Assembly (NCBI GenBank): GCA_965240325.2
Contig: OZ251231.1
Span: forward strand, 1,054,001-1,118,000
Source: Rebecca billardiae RCC1528
Taxonomy: Eukaryota; Protista; Haptophyta
Direction: 5' to 3'
Length of the DNA stretch: 64,000 bases
Part shown: positions 1 to 9,900 of the stretch, in pieces
Layout: each line of letters begins with the position of its first letter
How positions within the stretch are numbered: the first letter of the stretch is position 1
Notes under the pieces: generated by a model
Database searches by the model: none
Seen by the model: the letters and a program-made list of their open reading frames with translations, nothing else
Told to the model about the DNA's origin: nothing
Position numbers and translations under genes: made by a program

Positions 1-192
1 GGCCTGGTCGTTCACAGGCGCGACGCTGCTCGCCTCCGCCACGGACACGGAGCGCACGCACCAGGTGGTTGCGCGGCGCGCTGCGCTGTGCTGCGCGTGC
101 GCGGGCGGTCGGGCCGTGCTGCCGCGTCGGCGCGCGCGCTGAGTCCGCACGCCGCTGCGATGCCGTGACGGATTGACATTGCGTGCAGCGTG

Positions 193-193
<1 letters not shown>

Positions 194-237
<44 letters not shown>
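194..237. repeat. (CTG)n microsatellite, probably intronic
   Basis: Direct run of GCT/CTG triplets; explains the spurious poly-A/L/C/Q ORFs. Confidence 0.9.
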
Positions 238-362
238 GCGCGCGACGCACGCGTCGAGTCGAGTCGCCCCGATCCGGCCTCCGACCCCATCCGCGCGCCG
301 ATCCCCGCCGCACCCGCCTCGCCTCCGCGCCGTCTGCCCGCGCGCGCGCCGTGCGCACACAG

Positions 363-1831
363 GTACTGGAGGACGTGTACCCCGAGGATGTCTACTTCCG
401 CTTCAACGTGGAGCACGCGCTGTGCGCCGGGCCGATGGACGTGACGACGGCCGAGGCGCTGGCGGAGTACAGGCGCATCGCGCGGGACTACTGCGAGGGG
501 CAGAGCGCGCGCTTCGAGCAGCTGGCGAGCCGGCTGCAGGGGCTCGACGCGCCGCCGCACGCGGAGGCGGAGGCGTCGGAGCGGACGCGGGTCGACGGGC
601 GCGGGATCGCGGCGTGGTGGCGCGCCCGAGCCGCGCGCCGCGCCGCGCTCGCGGCGGCCGCGGCGGCCGGCGGCGAGGCGGCAGGGGCGGCCGCGGGCTC
701 GGCCGGCGGCGGCGGGCCCGACGGCGGCGGGCCTGTGCGCAGGGGCGGCGCCGCGCTCGGCGGCGCCAACGACGGCGCAGCGGCGTGCGGCGCGGCCGGC
801 GCCGCGCGCCGGCTCGCGGACGCGGCCGCGCCCTCGCTCGCGCCCTCGCCGGTGCCCGTGCCTGGAGGGCCGCATCTCGCGGAGGAGATTGCGCCCGCGC
901 GGCGTGCCATCCACCACACGCTGCGTGTGCGGCTGCTCTCGCGGTGCGCGCGCGTGCGCCCGCCGAAGGCTGGCCCGAGCCGTCCGCGGCGCGCGCGCCG
1001 TGCACGCCCGCGGCGCTCACCGCACGTCGCACCGCGCCGCGCCGCGCGCGCCGCGCGCGCCCCTCCGCCGCTCGCCGCAGCCTCGTCGCCGACGGCGGGC
1101 AGACGTCCGGCCTCTCGCGCTTTGCGGACGCGGTGTACACCTCGTGCGAGGGCGGCCACGAGCGCTTCGCGCGCACGATGACGTTCCTGAGCTGGCTGCA
1201 GGCGGCGCTGCACGAGGCGGCCGAGCGCGACTCGGCGCTCACGGACGCGCGCGAGGGTCGACTGCTCACGCAGTCGGTGGGCGTGGTCTCACACCTGGCG
1301 GAGCCGTACACCGCGTTTCTCCGCGACGGCGGGCTCGCGCCGACGCTGCTCACGCGCCCGCCGGGCGCTCGGCCGATCGTCGCGGTGCAGCTCGAGCCGC
1401 TGCTCCCGCCGCTCGACCTGCCGCTCAGCGCGCACGCGAGCGGCACGTCGGTGGGCGCGGTGAACGACGCGCTGCGCGACGCGATGCGCTGGGCGGCCGA
1501 CGCGATCGGCGGCGTGAAGGACGCGCTCGCGCAGACCGTGCTGGGGCAGGAGTCGCGCGCGACCGCCACGCCGTGCCCGACGGTCTCGGACCACGCGTGC
1601 GCGGCGCGCGGCGCGGCGCCGCTCTCCGCGCCGACGATCCCTGCCCCTCTGGGCGGTGGCGGCGGCGGCGCGCCCCTCGCGGCCGGCTCTGGCGCCGCCT
1701 CGGCCGCGCCGGAAGACGGGGCCGCCGCGGATGCGTCGTCGTCTGCAGCACCGCCCTCTGCCAGTCAGGGCGCTGCCACGGACACGGCAGCCACTCTCGT
1801 TGACGCCGGCACGGTCCTCCACTCGGCGTAA
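363..1831 (+). CDS. 3' exons of a spliced gene, probably a patatin-like phospholipase (exons ~363-943 and 1081-1831; 5' exons not identified)
   Basis: Acceptor CACAG|G at 362. The exon reads LEDVYPEDVYFRFNVEHALCAGPMDVT...LAEYRRIARDY, resembling the C-terminal YFRFN...D motif of patatin/iPLA2 proteins. A phase-2 donor CG|GTGCGC at 944 joins acceptor CGCAG|C at 1080 in frame to stop TAA at 1831. Confidence 0.45.
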
Positions 1832-2509
1832 CTCAGTGACGCGTGCCACCGCCAGATGATGCGAGCTAGTCCGACACGCTCGCAATGCCAGCAGCCCAGC
1901 AGGCAGCGCTGGCATCGTACTACCAGGAAGAGCCGTTCGTGCGCTCCGGCGGCGTCTGGACTCTGATGGTGCCGCGCCGCCTCAGCTCGCGCGCGCGCAT
2001 GACGACTGAATTATTGTGCGCGATCGATGCTGCGCGCTATACTATACGACTGATGTCTCGAGACGCGACGACTAGCTCTAGCGACTACGACTGCGCCGCG
2101 GACGGTCCGGCGGACGGAGCTACAGGGCCTAGGGAGTCTAGGCGCGGGTGCACCGCCCCCGCGGGGCCCCCAACTACGTACGCGTACGTAGCAGTACGTA
2201 TAGCTGATGATAGCAGTCTGTTAGGGAATATGGACCCGAGTTTCTGCTACCCATATTACCTTCATAGGGGAAATGTTTTCTATAGGGATTTTTGGCCCTG
2301 TCGGCCGTAGCGATGGTAACACCCCGGTCACCCGCCCGCGCAGGCACGCGAGGGACTGCGGCTCGACAGCGCGCGCGTCAGGCGCGCGCGCGCGGCGGCG
2401 GCCGCGCGGCGGCGCGCCGCATCGCCGCCGTGACGCCGTCGGCGTCCTGAGTCAGCGGCGCGGTCGGTCCGCGGCGGCACTCCTGGGCCGGCGGGCCCGG
2501 GCCTCGCGG

Positions 2510-3270
2510 CCCGGGAGGAGGCCCCCTGTAACAGCTGTAACACCGTAACACGTAACAAGTCCGGCTCGTCCGAGTCCGGGGCTGCCGGCGGGCCGGCCGC
2601 GCCGGGCCCGGGAGGAGGCCCCCTGTAACAGCTGTAACACCGTAACACGTAACAAGTCCGGCGCGTCCGGGTCCGGGGCTGCCGGCGGGCCCGGGCCTCG
2701 CGGCCCGGGAGGAGGCCCCCTGTAACAGCTGTAACACCGTAACACGTAACAAGTCCGGCTCGTCCCGGAGTCCGGGGCTGCCGGCGGGCCGGCCGCGCCG
2801 GCGGCCCGGGACGGGAGGCCCCCTGTAACAGCTGTAACACCGTAACACGTAACAAGTCCGGCGCGTCATCCGGGTCCGGGGCTGCCGGCGGGCCCGGGCC
2901 TCGCGGCCCGGGAGGAGGCCCCCTGTAACAGCTGTAACACCGTAACACGTAACAAGTCCGGCTCGTCCGAGTCCGGGGCTGCCGGCGGGCCGGCCGCGCC
3001 GGGCCCGGGAGGAGGCCCCCTGTAACAGCTGTAACACCGTAACACGTAACAAGTCCGGCGCGGCGAGTCCGGGAGCCGGCCGGTCCGGGGCCGCGGCGGG
3101 CGGGCCGCCGGGCCCGGGAGGAGGCCCCCTGTAACAGCTGTAACACCGTAACACGTAACAAGTCCGGCGCGGCGAGTCCGGGAGCCGACCGGTCCAGGTC
3201 CGGGGCGGGCGGGCCGCCGGGCCCGGGAGGAGGCCCCCTGTAACAGCTGTAACACCGTAACACGTAACAC
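2510..3270 (+). repeat. Tandem array of 8 units (97-109 bp) with invariant core TGTAACAGCTGTAACACCGTAACACGTAAC
   Basis: Core starts at 2527, 2624, 2721, 2824, 2924, 3021, 3130 and 3239. Each is preceded by GGAGGCCCCC; GC-rich linkers fall into types A, B, A', B', A, C, C'. Confidence 0.95.
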
Positions 3271-3538
3271 AATGGCGCCGCTCGGCCATGGCCCGTCGTC
3301 GGCCCGGTGAAAAAATGGCGGCGGGGCGCGCGGCGCGCAGCGTCGCGCTCGGTGCGCTCGGCGGGGCTCGAGGAACGACTGCGGACGGGCGAGCGCGCAC
3401 GGGCGCGAGCACGAGTCGCGTCGCCCGCGCCCCTCCCCGAGCGACCTGCCGCCGCGTCTCGCGACGATGGCGGTGTGGACGCTCGTCCGTGGCCGCGTGA
3501 AAAAATGGCGGCGGGGCGCGCGGCGCGCAGCGTCGCGC
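3113..3538 (+). repeat. Left arm of ~425-bp inverted repeat (pairs with 5021-5449)
   Basis: Near-identical reverse complement of 5021-5449 with a few substitutions/indels. Contains two GTAACA cores and two copies of GTGAAAAAATGGCGGCGGGGCGCG 190 bp apart. Confidence 0.95.
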
Positions 3539-3800
3539 TCGGTGCGCTCGGCGGGGCTCGAGGAGCGCCCGCGGACGGGCGAGCGCGCACGGGCGCGAGC
3601 ACCGCGGCGGTTCGCGTGGCGTCGCGCTGCACCGACCCCGGCGCGAGCGCCGAGTCCTTGTTTGCACGCCGCCTCGTTTGCCGAGCCCGTCGGCCGACGG
3701 CGCGAGGTGGGCGCGGCGGCGGCGGCGGCGGCGGCGGGGCGGCGGCGGCGGCGACGGCGACGGCGCGCGGGCGCATGCGCGCTGCACGGCCGCCGCGTCG

Positions 3801-5054
3801 TCAACGCGCCGGGCCCATCGCGGCACGGCCGCTGGCGAACGCGGCGTGGAAGCGCGAGGCAAACTCGGCGATGCGGGGCGGCGCGCCCGTGCGGCCGCCG
3901 CCCGCGCAGAAGAGCATGCTGCGCAGGCAGACGGCGCGCGCGTACCCGGCGCCGCGCGCTGGCACGCACGCCTCGTCGGCGCAGCACAGGTCGAGGCCGT
4001 CGGACTTGGCGAAGTAGAAGACGGTGCGTCGCGCGTGCTCGGCGCCCTTGCACTCGCACCACCTGCTGGCGGTCGAGCACGTCGCGACCGGGCCGTGCGC
4101 CGTGCTCCCAGCAAACACCTGCACGATGCGCGGCCAGCGCTCGGCCGAGCCAGAGACTCGTGCGTGCGCGTGCAGCTGCTCGTTGAGCCAGCCGACCAGC
4201 GCCGCGCGCCGCGCGCCGGCCGCCGCATCGCGACCGGCGGCGCTCGTCGCCGGCACAGCCGGTCGGCCGGGCGCGGGCGGCGGCGCGCTCCACTCGACCA
4301 GCTCGGTGCGCAGCCGCGCGCGAGAGAGCCAGCGCGCGCCATCCGCCGCGAGCCGCCGCAGCGCGTGCTGCGCAGGCAGCGCGTCGAGCCACGCGCAGCG
4401 CACGGCGCCGTGCTCGTCGGCGGCGACGACGGCTGCCGGCAGGTAGGGCGGGCCGCCGTCCGACTTGGCCGTGAACGGCAGGCGCAGGCCCGCCCCGTAG
4501 ATGCTGCAGTCGATCTCGAGCTTGTGCCAGCACGGCGGCCGCGGCTGCGAGCGCGCCCAGTCGTGCAGGACGCGCGCGATGCGCGCCGCCTCAGCGGCCG
4601 AGATGATGGCCGAGTCGTTCCATGTCGCGTGAATCCCGGCTCGGCGCACGCCCGGCGCCGAGCCGGCGGCGGTCGCGGGGCTGGGCGCGCGCGCCGAGAC
4701 GTACACGACGCGCCCAGCCACGGGAACGGGCACGGGCAGATGCTCCTCCGCGACGCGGTAGAGGCCGACGAGCAGTGCGGCCACGTCCGAGGGGGAGGGC
4801 GCGGTGCTGAAGGCGCAGTCCACATCGACGACGAAGCGCGCGCGCGCGCCGAGCGCCTCGACCACCATGGGCGCGCGCGCGCCGTGCACCAAGTGCTGCG
4901 CGGCCACGAGTGCATCGAGCTCGCGCAGGCGGCTGCTCGGCACGTGCAGCCGGCCGCCGAACGTACGCTGCGAGCCACTTGCCAGGAACACAACCTCGTG
5001 CGTGCACGCCTCGCCTGGGCGCGCGACGCTGCGCGCCGCGCGCCCCGCCGCCAT
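3801..5054 (-). CDS. Archaeo-eukaryotic primase/primase-polymerase (PrimPol / NCLDV A468R-like AEP) with C-terminal UL52-type zinc finger, 417 aa, intronless
   Basis: ATG at 5054 in AAAAAATGGCG. AEP motif I RFVVDVD, motif II GIHATW, motif III IDCSIYGAGLRLPFTAK. N-terminal THEV...GGRLHVP...MVVE resembles NCLDV primases. C-terminal SRWCECKGAEH..RTVFY...LCCADEAC fits the C-H-C-C PrimPol/UL52 zinc finger. Confidence 0.8.
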   Translation of the reverse strand: MAAGRAARSVARPGEACTHEVVFLASGSQRTFGGRLHVPSSRLRELDALVAAQHLVHGARAPMVVEALGARARFVVDVDCAFSTAPSPSDVAALLVGLYRVAEEHLPVPVPVAGRVVYVSARAPSPATAAGSAPGVRRAGIHATWNDSAIISAAEAARIARVLHDWARSQPRPPCWHKLEIDCSIYGAGLRLPFTAKSDGGPPYLPAAVVAADEHGAVRCAWLDALPAQHALRRLAADGARWLSRARLRTELVEWSAPPPAPGRPAVPATSAAGRDAAAGARRAALVGWLNEQLHAHARVSGSAERWPRIVQVFAGSTAHGPVATCSTASRWCECKGAEHARRTVFYFAKSDGLDLCCADEACVPARGAGYARAVCLRSMLFCAGGGRTGAPPRIAEFASRFHAAFASGRAAMGPAR

Positions 5055-5449
5055 TTTTTCACGCGGCCACGGACGAGCGGCCACTGCGCCATCGTCGCGA
5101 GACGCGGCGGCAGGTCGCTCGGGGAGGGGCGCGGGCGACGCGACTCGTGCTCGCGCCCGTGCGCGCTCGCCCGTCCGCAGTCGTTCCTCGAGCCCCGCCG
5201 AGCGCACCGAGCGCGACGCTGCGCGCCGCGCGCCCCGCCGCCATTTTTTCACCGGGCCGACGGGCCGCGGCCGAGCGGCGCCATTGTGTTACGTGTTACG
5301 GTGTTACAGCTGTTACAGGGGGCCTCCTCCCGGGCCCGGCCCGGGCGGCCCGCCCGCCCCGGACCTGGACCGGTCGGCTCCCGGACTCGCCGCGCCGGAC
5401 TTGTTACGTGTTACGGTGTTACAGCTGTTACAGGGGGCCTCCTCCCGGG
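5021..5449 (-). repeat. Right arm of ~425-bp inverted repeat; includes the AEP start codon and 2 GTAACA cores
   Basis: GTTACGTGTTACGGTGTTACAGCTGTTACAGGGGGCCTCCTCCCGGG at ~5288 and ~5403; CCATTTTTTCAC at 5051 and 5241. Confidence 0.95.
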
Positions 5450-5755
5450 GCCCAGCGCCACCCGCCCGGCCCCGGCCCCGGACCCGGACTGGCCGGCAAC
5501 GGGCCGCGAGAATCCGAGACCGACGGTCTCAAGTGAAAGTGATGGCTGACAGTGTGCTCAGCCAGGGTTTAGTCAGGCGGCGTGGCTCGGTCAGACACCC
5601 GCAGTCCGGGTGAGTCCGGCGTGAGAGTGTTACATGTTACTGCTACGCTCGGCCCGTAACACTTTTCACGGGCGCGACGGGGGTGAGTAATAGTTAGAGG
5701 AATTGTTACCCGGGAGAAACTGGGGTCCTTGGTCGTCTGTTATTGGTTCTACGTC

Positions 5756-5756
<1 letters not shown>

Positions 5757-5846
<90 letters not shown>
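5757..5846. repeat. (TA)45 microsatellite
   Basis: Pure TA run between the subterminal IR and the 3' hairpin of the putative element. Confidence 0.98.
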
Positions 5847-5849
<3 letters not shown>

Positions 5850-6346
5850 ACTACGGACGAATAAAAGTACGACCGCGCCTGAGCGGAACGCGGCGCGGTC
5901 ATTCATGCGATAAATATAACTTCAATTAATATATCGCCCGCGCGCGCATGGCGCACGTGCGCCCGGGGGCACGCGCCCGCGGGGGCGCTGCATACGACGA
6001 CTACTTCGAGACGACGGCTGACGACGCGTGGCACCGCGACCACCGCGGTAGCGCGCGCGCGTCGACGCCAGACGGTGCGTCGAGCTTCCGCTCGGCGATG
6101 GAGTGATGGGCGACTACGAGGGGGGGGGACGACGGCGAGGAGCGCTGATCCTGGTGTTTGTCTCTGCTGCTCGATCTGCTGCTACAGCTTGCTGACTCTG
6201 ACGCCTGCCCGTTGCATCTGACCACGTCGTTAATATATGTAATGTTACTAATGATGATGAGTGTGCGTGTCAGTACTCATGATGATGAGTGTGCGTGTCA
6301 GTCGTCACCGAGTCAGGCAGTAGTCTCGGACGAAGTGTGCGGTATT

Positions 6347-6955
6347 TATTGGGTAAACGCGAGCTCCGAGCGTCTCGAGCCCTGCTAAGAGCTCACCGGC
6401 GCGTCCTCGGGCGCGTCGTCGATGTTGACCACGAGAGGCAACCTCCTTCCCTTCGCTCCTTTACGAAGACAAGCTAACCTCCCGCCGACCTTTTGGTCGC
6501 GGGGTGACCACGTCGCGGCCGGCTCCGGGGAATGCGTTACCTTCCCGAAAACCGCCCGTCCCGACGTAACTCCCGGACGTCCTCGTCCGTCCACCCTCAG
6601 CCGGATTCCCACTTTTCCGAAAGTGGAAATCCGGATGGACTCCCACGATGGCGTCCGGGCCATGCCCGTGCGACGTCACCGTGTCGCGCTGCGCCGGGCC
6701 GTACCGCCCGCGCACGCGCCGCGTCCGTGTCGCTCCGCGTCCGCGCTGCCGCGTCCGCGCTCCGCGTCCACGTCGATCCGCGCCAGCGCTGCTGCGCTCG
6801 CGCTCCTGCCGCCGCGCGCGCCGCGCGCGCGCGCCGCCAGCCAGCCACTGCTCCGTAGCTGATGACGCCGGCCCGCCTGGTGCGGCGCCGGCCCTGACGT
6901 CCCAGCGGCGACGCCATCTGCTGAGATGCGCGCCCCAGGCCGCGTCAGCTCAACA
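6347..6955 (-). repeat. 3' LTR of copia element (TGTTG...CAATA on minus strand)
   Basis: Direct repeat of 12885-13493; PPT adjacent. Confidence 0.95.
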
Positions 6956-6991
6956 CCCCCCCTCGACAGCCATAGCCGCGAGCTGCGCCGC

Positions 6992-9900
6992 TTACCGCGC
7001 GCGCGTCGGGTGTCGGTCCACCATGATGGCGTCGACGTGCCGCTTGAACGTCGCACCGTCCGTCGCCTTCGTCATGATGTCAGAGTGGTTGAGTGAGGTG
7101 TGTACCTTGACCACCTTCACCTTGCCACCCTCCTGCGCGTCACGCACATAGTGATGCTTGATCTCGATGTGCTTCGAGCGCTTGTGGTGCACAGGATTCT
7201 CCACGAGGTCGATTGCCCCCTTGTTGTCCTCTCGCACCTCCGTCGCGCCCCGCGGCGGCTGCCGCATGGACTCGAGTATGCTCCGCAAGTAGCTCACCTC
7301 GCGGCAGCAATCGCTCAGCGCGACGTACTCCGCCTCCGTCGAGCTCAGCGAGACTGTACCTTGCAGCCCGCTGTGCCACGACACCGGCGCACCATTGTAG
7401 AACACAATGTATCCACCCGTCGACCTGCCCTTGGTCTCCACCGGATTGCTTGCCCAATCGGAGTCAGCGAAAGCAAGTAGGTCGGGGTGCTCGGAATCTG
7501 TCGCAAACTTGAACAAGATTCCCAATCGCGGGCATCCACGTAAGTAGCGCAGCACGCGCTTCGCACTTACCAGATCCACCGCCCGCGGACGTGACATGCG
7601 TCGCGTCAGCATGTTCACCGCGTGCGCGATGTCCGGCCGCGCCGTGACCATCGCAAACATGAGACATCCCACCATCGCCTGGTAGTTCTCAATCTCCGCG
7701 CGCTGCAGCAACGCCTCATCGTCGTCGCTCAGCTGCGCCCGCGCCGCCGGCTCCGGCGTGCGCGCCGGCGTGCTCGCGTTCAAACCGAACCGCTGAAGCA
7801 CGCTCTCGACGTACGGCCCCAGATGCATCAGGATGCCGTCGTCATGAACTTCAAACACGGCGCCCAGGAACTTATCGAGCCGCTCACTCAGCTTGATCTC
7901 GTAATGCTCCTTCAGGTCAGCCGCCAGCTTCTCCACCGCGCGCGCGTCGCGCGTCAGGTTGAGAAACAGCAAATCGTCGACAAAGCCGCCCGCGATGATG
8001 AACTCGCCCGGCGCCGACTCCTTGACGTAGATGCACGGCGCACTCGGACACTCCGAGAAGCCGCGCGCGAGCAGCTGGGTGCGGTGCGTGCGATGCCACG
8101 CGCGCCCAGACTGGCGTAGACCCGGATACGCCTTGAGGCTCCGGCCCACGACTTTGTACCCCGGCGGCGCCTGCGTGCTCGGCACGTAGCCCGGCGGGAA
8201 TGAGAAGAGAGGCCGCTCATCCGGCTTCAACTCCGAGTTGAGGTACGCGTCCTTGACGTCGCCCTTCGACAGTATGCCCAGCGCCGCAACCGACGCTGCT
8301 CCCAAGTCGACCCTCGCGCCCGCCTGCTGAGCGGCGATCGCAACGAGTAGTCGCACTTGTTCCGGCCGGATCGTCGGAGCAAAGACCTCCTGAAAGTCGA
8401 TCCCCGGCCGCTGTAGGTTCCCCAGTAGCACCGACCGCGCCTTGAAGCGCGTCACCTCGCCCTCCGGGTTCGACTTGACGTCAAAGACCCATTGGCTCGG
8501 CAACACCCGCGTGCCCTCCGGAACCACCACCTCTTCCGAGGTGCCGAGCAACTTGTGACCTTCCAAGTGCTCGAGCATGGCGCCCTGCCACTGGGGCGCC
8601 TCCGCCGACCGCATCGCCTCGCGATAGTTCGTCGGCACCTTCACGTTGATCTTCTGGAACACCGACGCGGCGCTGACGACGGCAGTAAGCAGCTGCGGCC
8701 GTCGGCGCGACGTCCGATCCCTGCGAAGCGGATCGTGTCCCATATCCAGACCGGGCGGCGGCGCGTCCTCGATCACGCCGTCGTCACCGTCTGCGCCGCG
8801 CGGCGGCCCGCCAGCATCTGCTGCGGCCCCGCGCCGTGATTCCGTCGGCGGTATCTGATCCTGCCGACCCGGCTGCGTCATCGACGCGCCTGCCCCGTCA
8901 CGCCCGCCCTGCGGCGTCGGCGTCGACGGCTCTGCGCCAGCGCTGCTGCACCCGCGATGTCCCGCGTCCACGCTGCTGCGCCCGCGCCCCGACGTTGACG
9001 CATCTGCGTCGTCGTCGTACCCGACGTCGAACTCTGTCGCGTCGTCATTCCCGGCGTCGGCTGGCGTCTCGCCGCCGTCGCCGTCCTCGTCCTCACAGTC
9101 GGCGTCACCACCGACCGGACGAAGTCCGCCGCTTACCGCGGCGCCGTCACCATCACCCACGTACGCGCCACCGTCAGGTGCGCCCAGCGACGAGTGCCCC
9201 CCCTCGACCAGGTCGGTCTCGTCGATGCGTACGTCACGTGAGTGAACGAGACGTCCGTCGTCTAAACGACATACGTACCCGAGTACGTAGCGCCATGTAC
9301 CGCGCCACTGCACGCCGTGCCCACCCCAGAGATAGACACGTCCGGGTAGTGCGCGCTGCCTCAGCTGCCCCAATGCATTGCGCCGTGCGCCCAGCATCAG
9401 CACGCGGCAGCGCGCTCCAAACGCCACGTGATGCTTCCACGTCGGGCGTTTGCCAAAGAACAGCTCATCCGGCGTGAGCCACTCAATGTCGCCATCGTCA
9501 CGAATGATACCACGTGACGCCAGTCGATTGCGCGACGCGCATGCGTGCCACGCCGCGTAGTGCCAATCGACCCTCGAGACTCCACGCGCAACGACCGTGG
9601 CGCGCAGTCTCGACTTCAGCGTGCGGATAGCGCGTTCCGCCACGCCATTCGAGCTCGGCGAGTCGGGCGCCGACGTGACCGTCGACGAGAACCCAAGCTT
9701 CGCCAGCTCACCCTCGACGTACGTACTCAGCAGCGTCGAGCCACCGTCGGTGTGAATATGGCGTCGCGCCATAGTACACCCCGACGCCAGGACCCAATGC
9801 GACATGTGCATGGCCCCTGTACCAAGCAACTGCGCGTACCAGCGGAATGCCCGACCAACCTCGGCGTCATCCAAGCTGCGTAGCGCGTACACTTGCCATC

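Larger units (their letters stand above)
2231..5903 (+). mobile_element. Putative mobile element with Helitron2/Helentron-like ends carrying an AEP (PrimPol-like) gene between long inverted repeats
   Basis: 5' T-GGACCCGAGTTTCT (2232-2245) pairs 13/14 with subterminal AGAAACTGGGGTCC (5715-5728). 3' hairpin GACCGCGCC-tga-GCGGAACGC-GGCGCGGTC (5871-5900) then ATT closely resembles the 3' hairpin at 29013-29029. No TSD seen. Boundaries inferred. Confidence 0.55.

Noticed and set aside
2510-3270. CRISPR array (constant repeat plus variable spacers)
   Set aside because: Linkers are mutually homologous rather than unique, no cas genes are present and the context is eukaryotic; it is a tandem repeat with a conserved core.
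2328-5613. Long ORFs with repeated VTCYGVTAVT / CYVLRCYSCY / LLRVTVLQLLQ peptides
   Set aside because: These are translations of the tandem array and inverted arms in shifting frames; only 3801-5054(-) has protein motifs.
2231-5903. Polinton/Maverick or endogenous giant-virus fragment
   Set aside because: No PolB, integrase, capsid or ATPase genes, no (AG)n/AGT termini or 6-bp TSD; only one gene is present.
5666-5929. Poly-IY ORFs
   Set aside because: Artefact of the (TA)n microsatellite.
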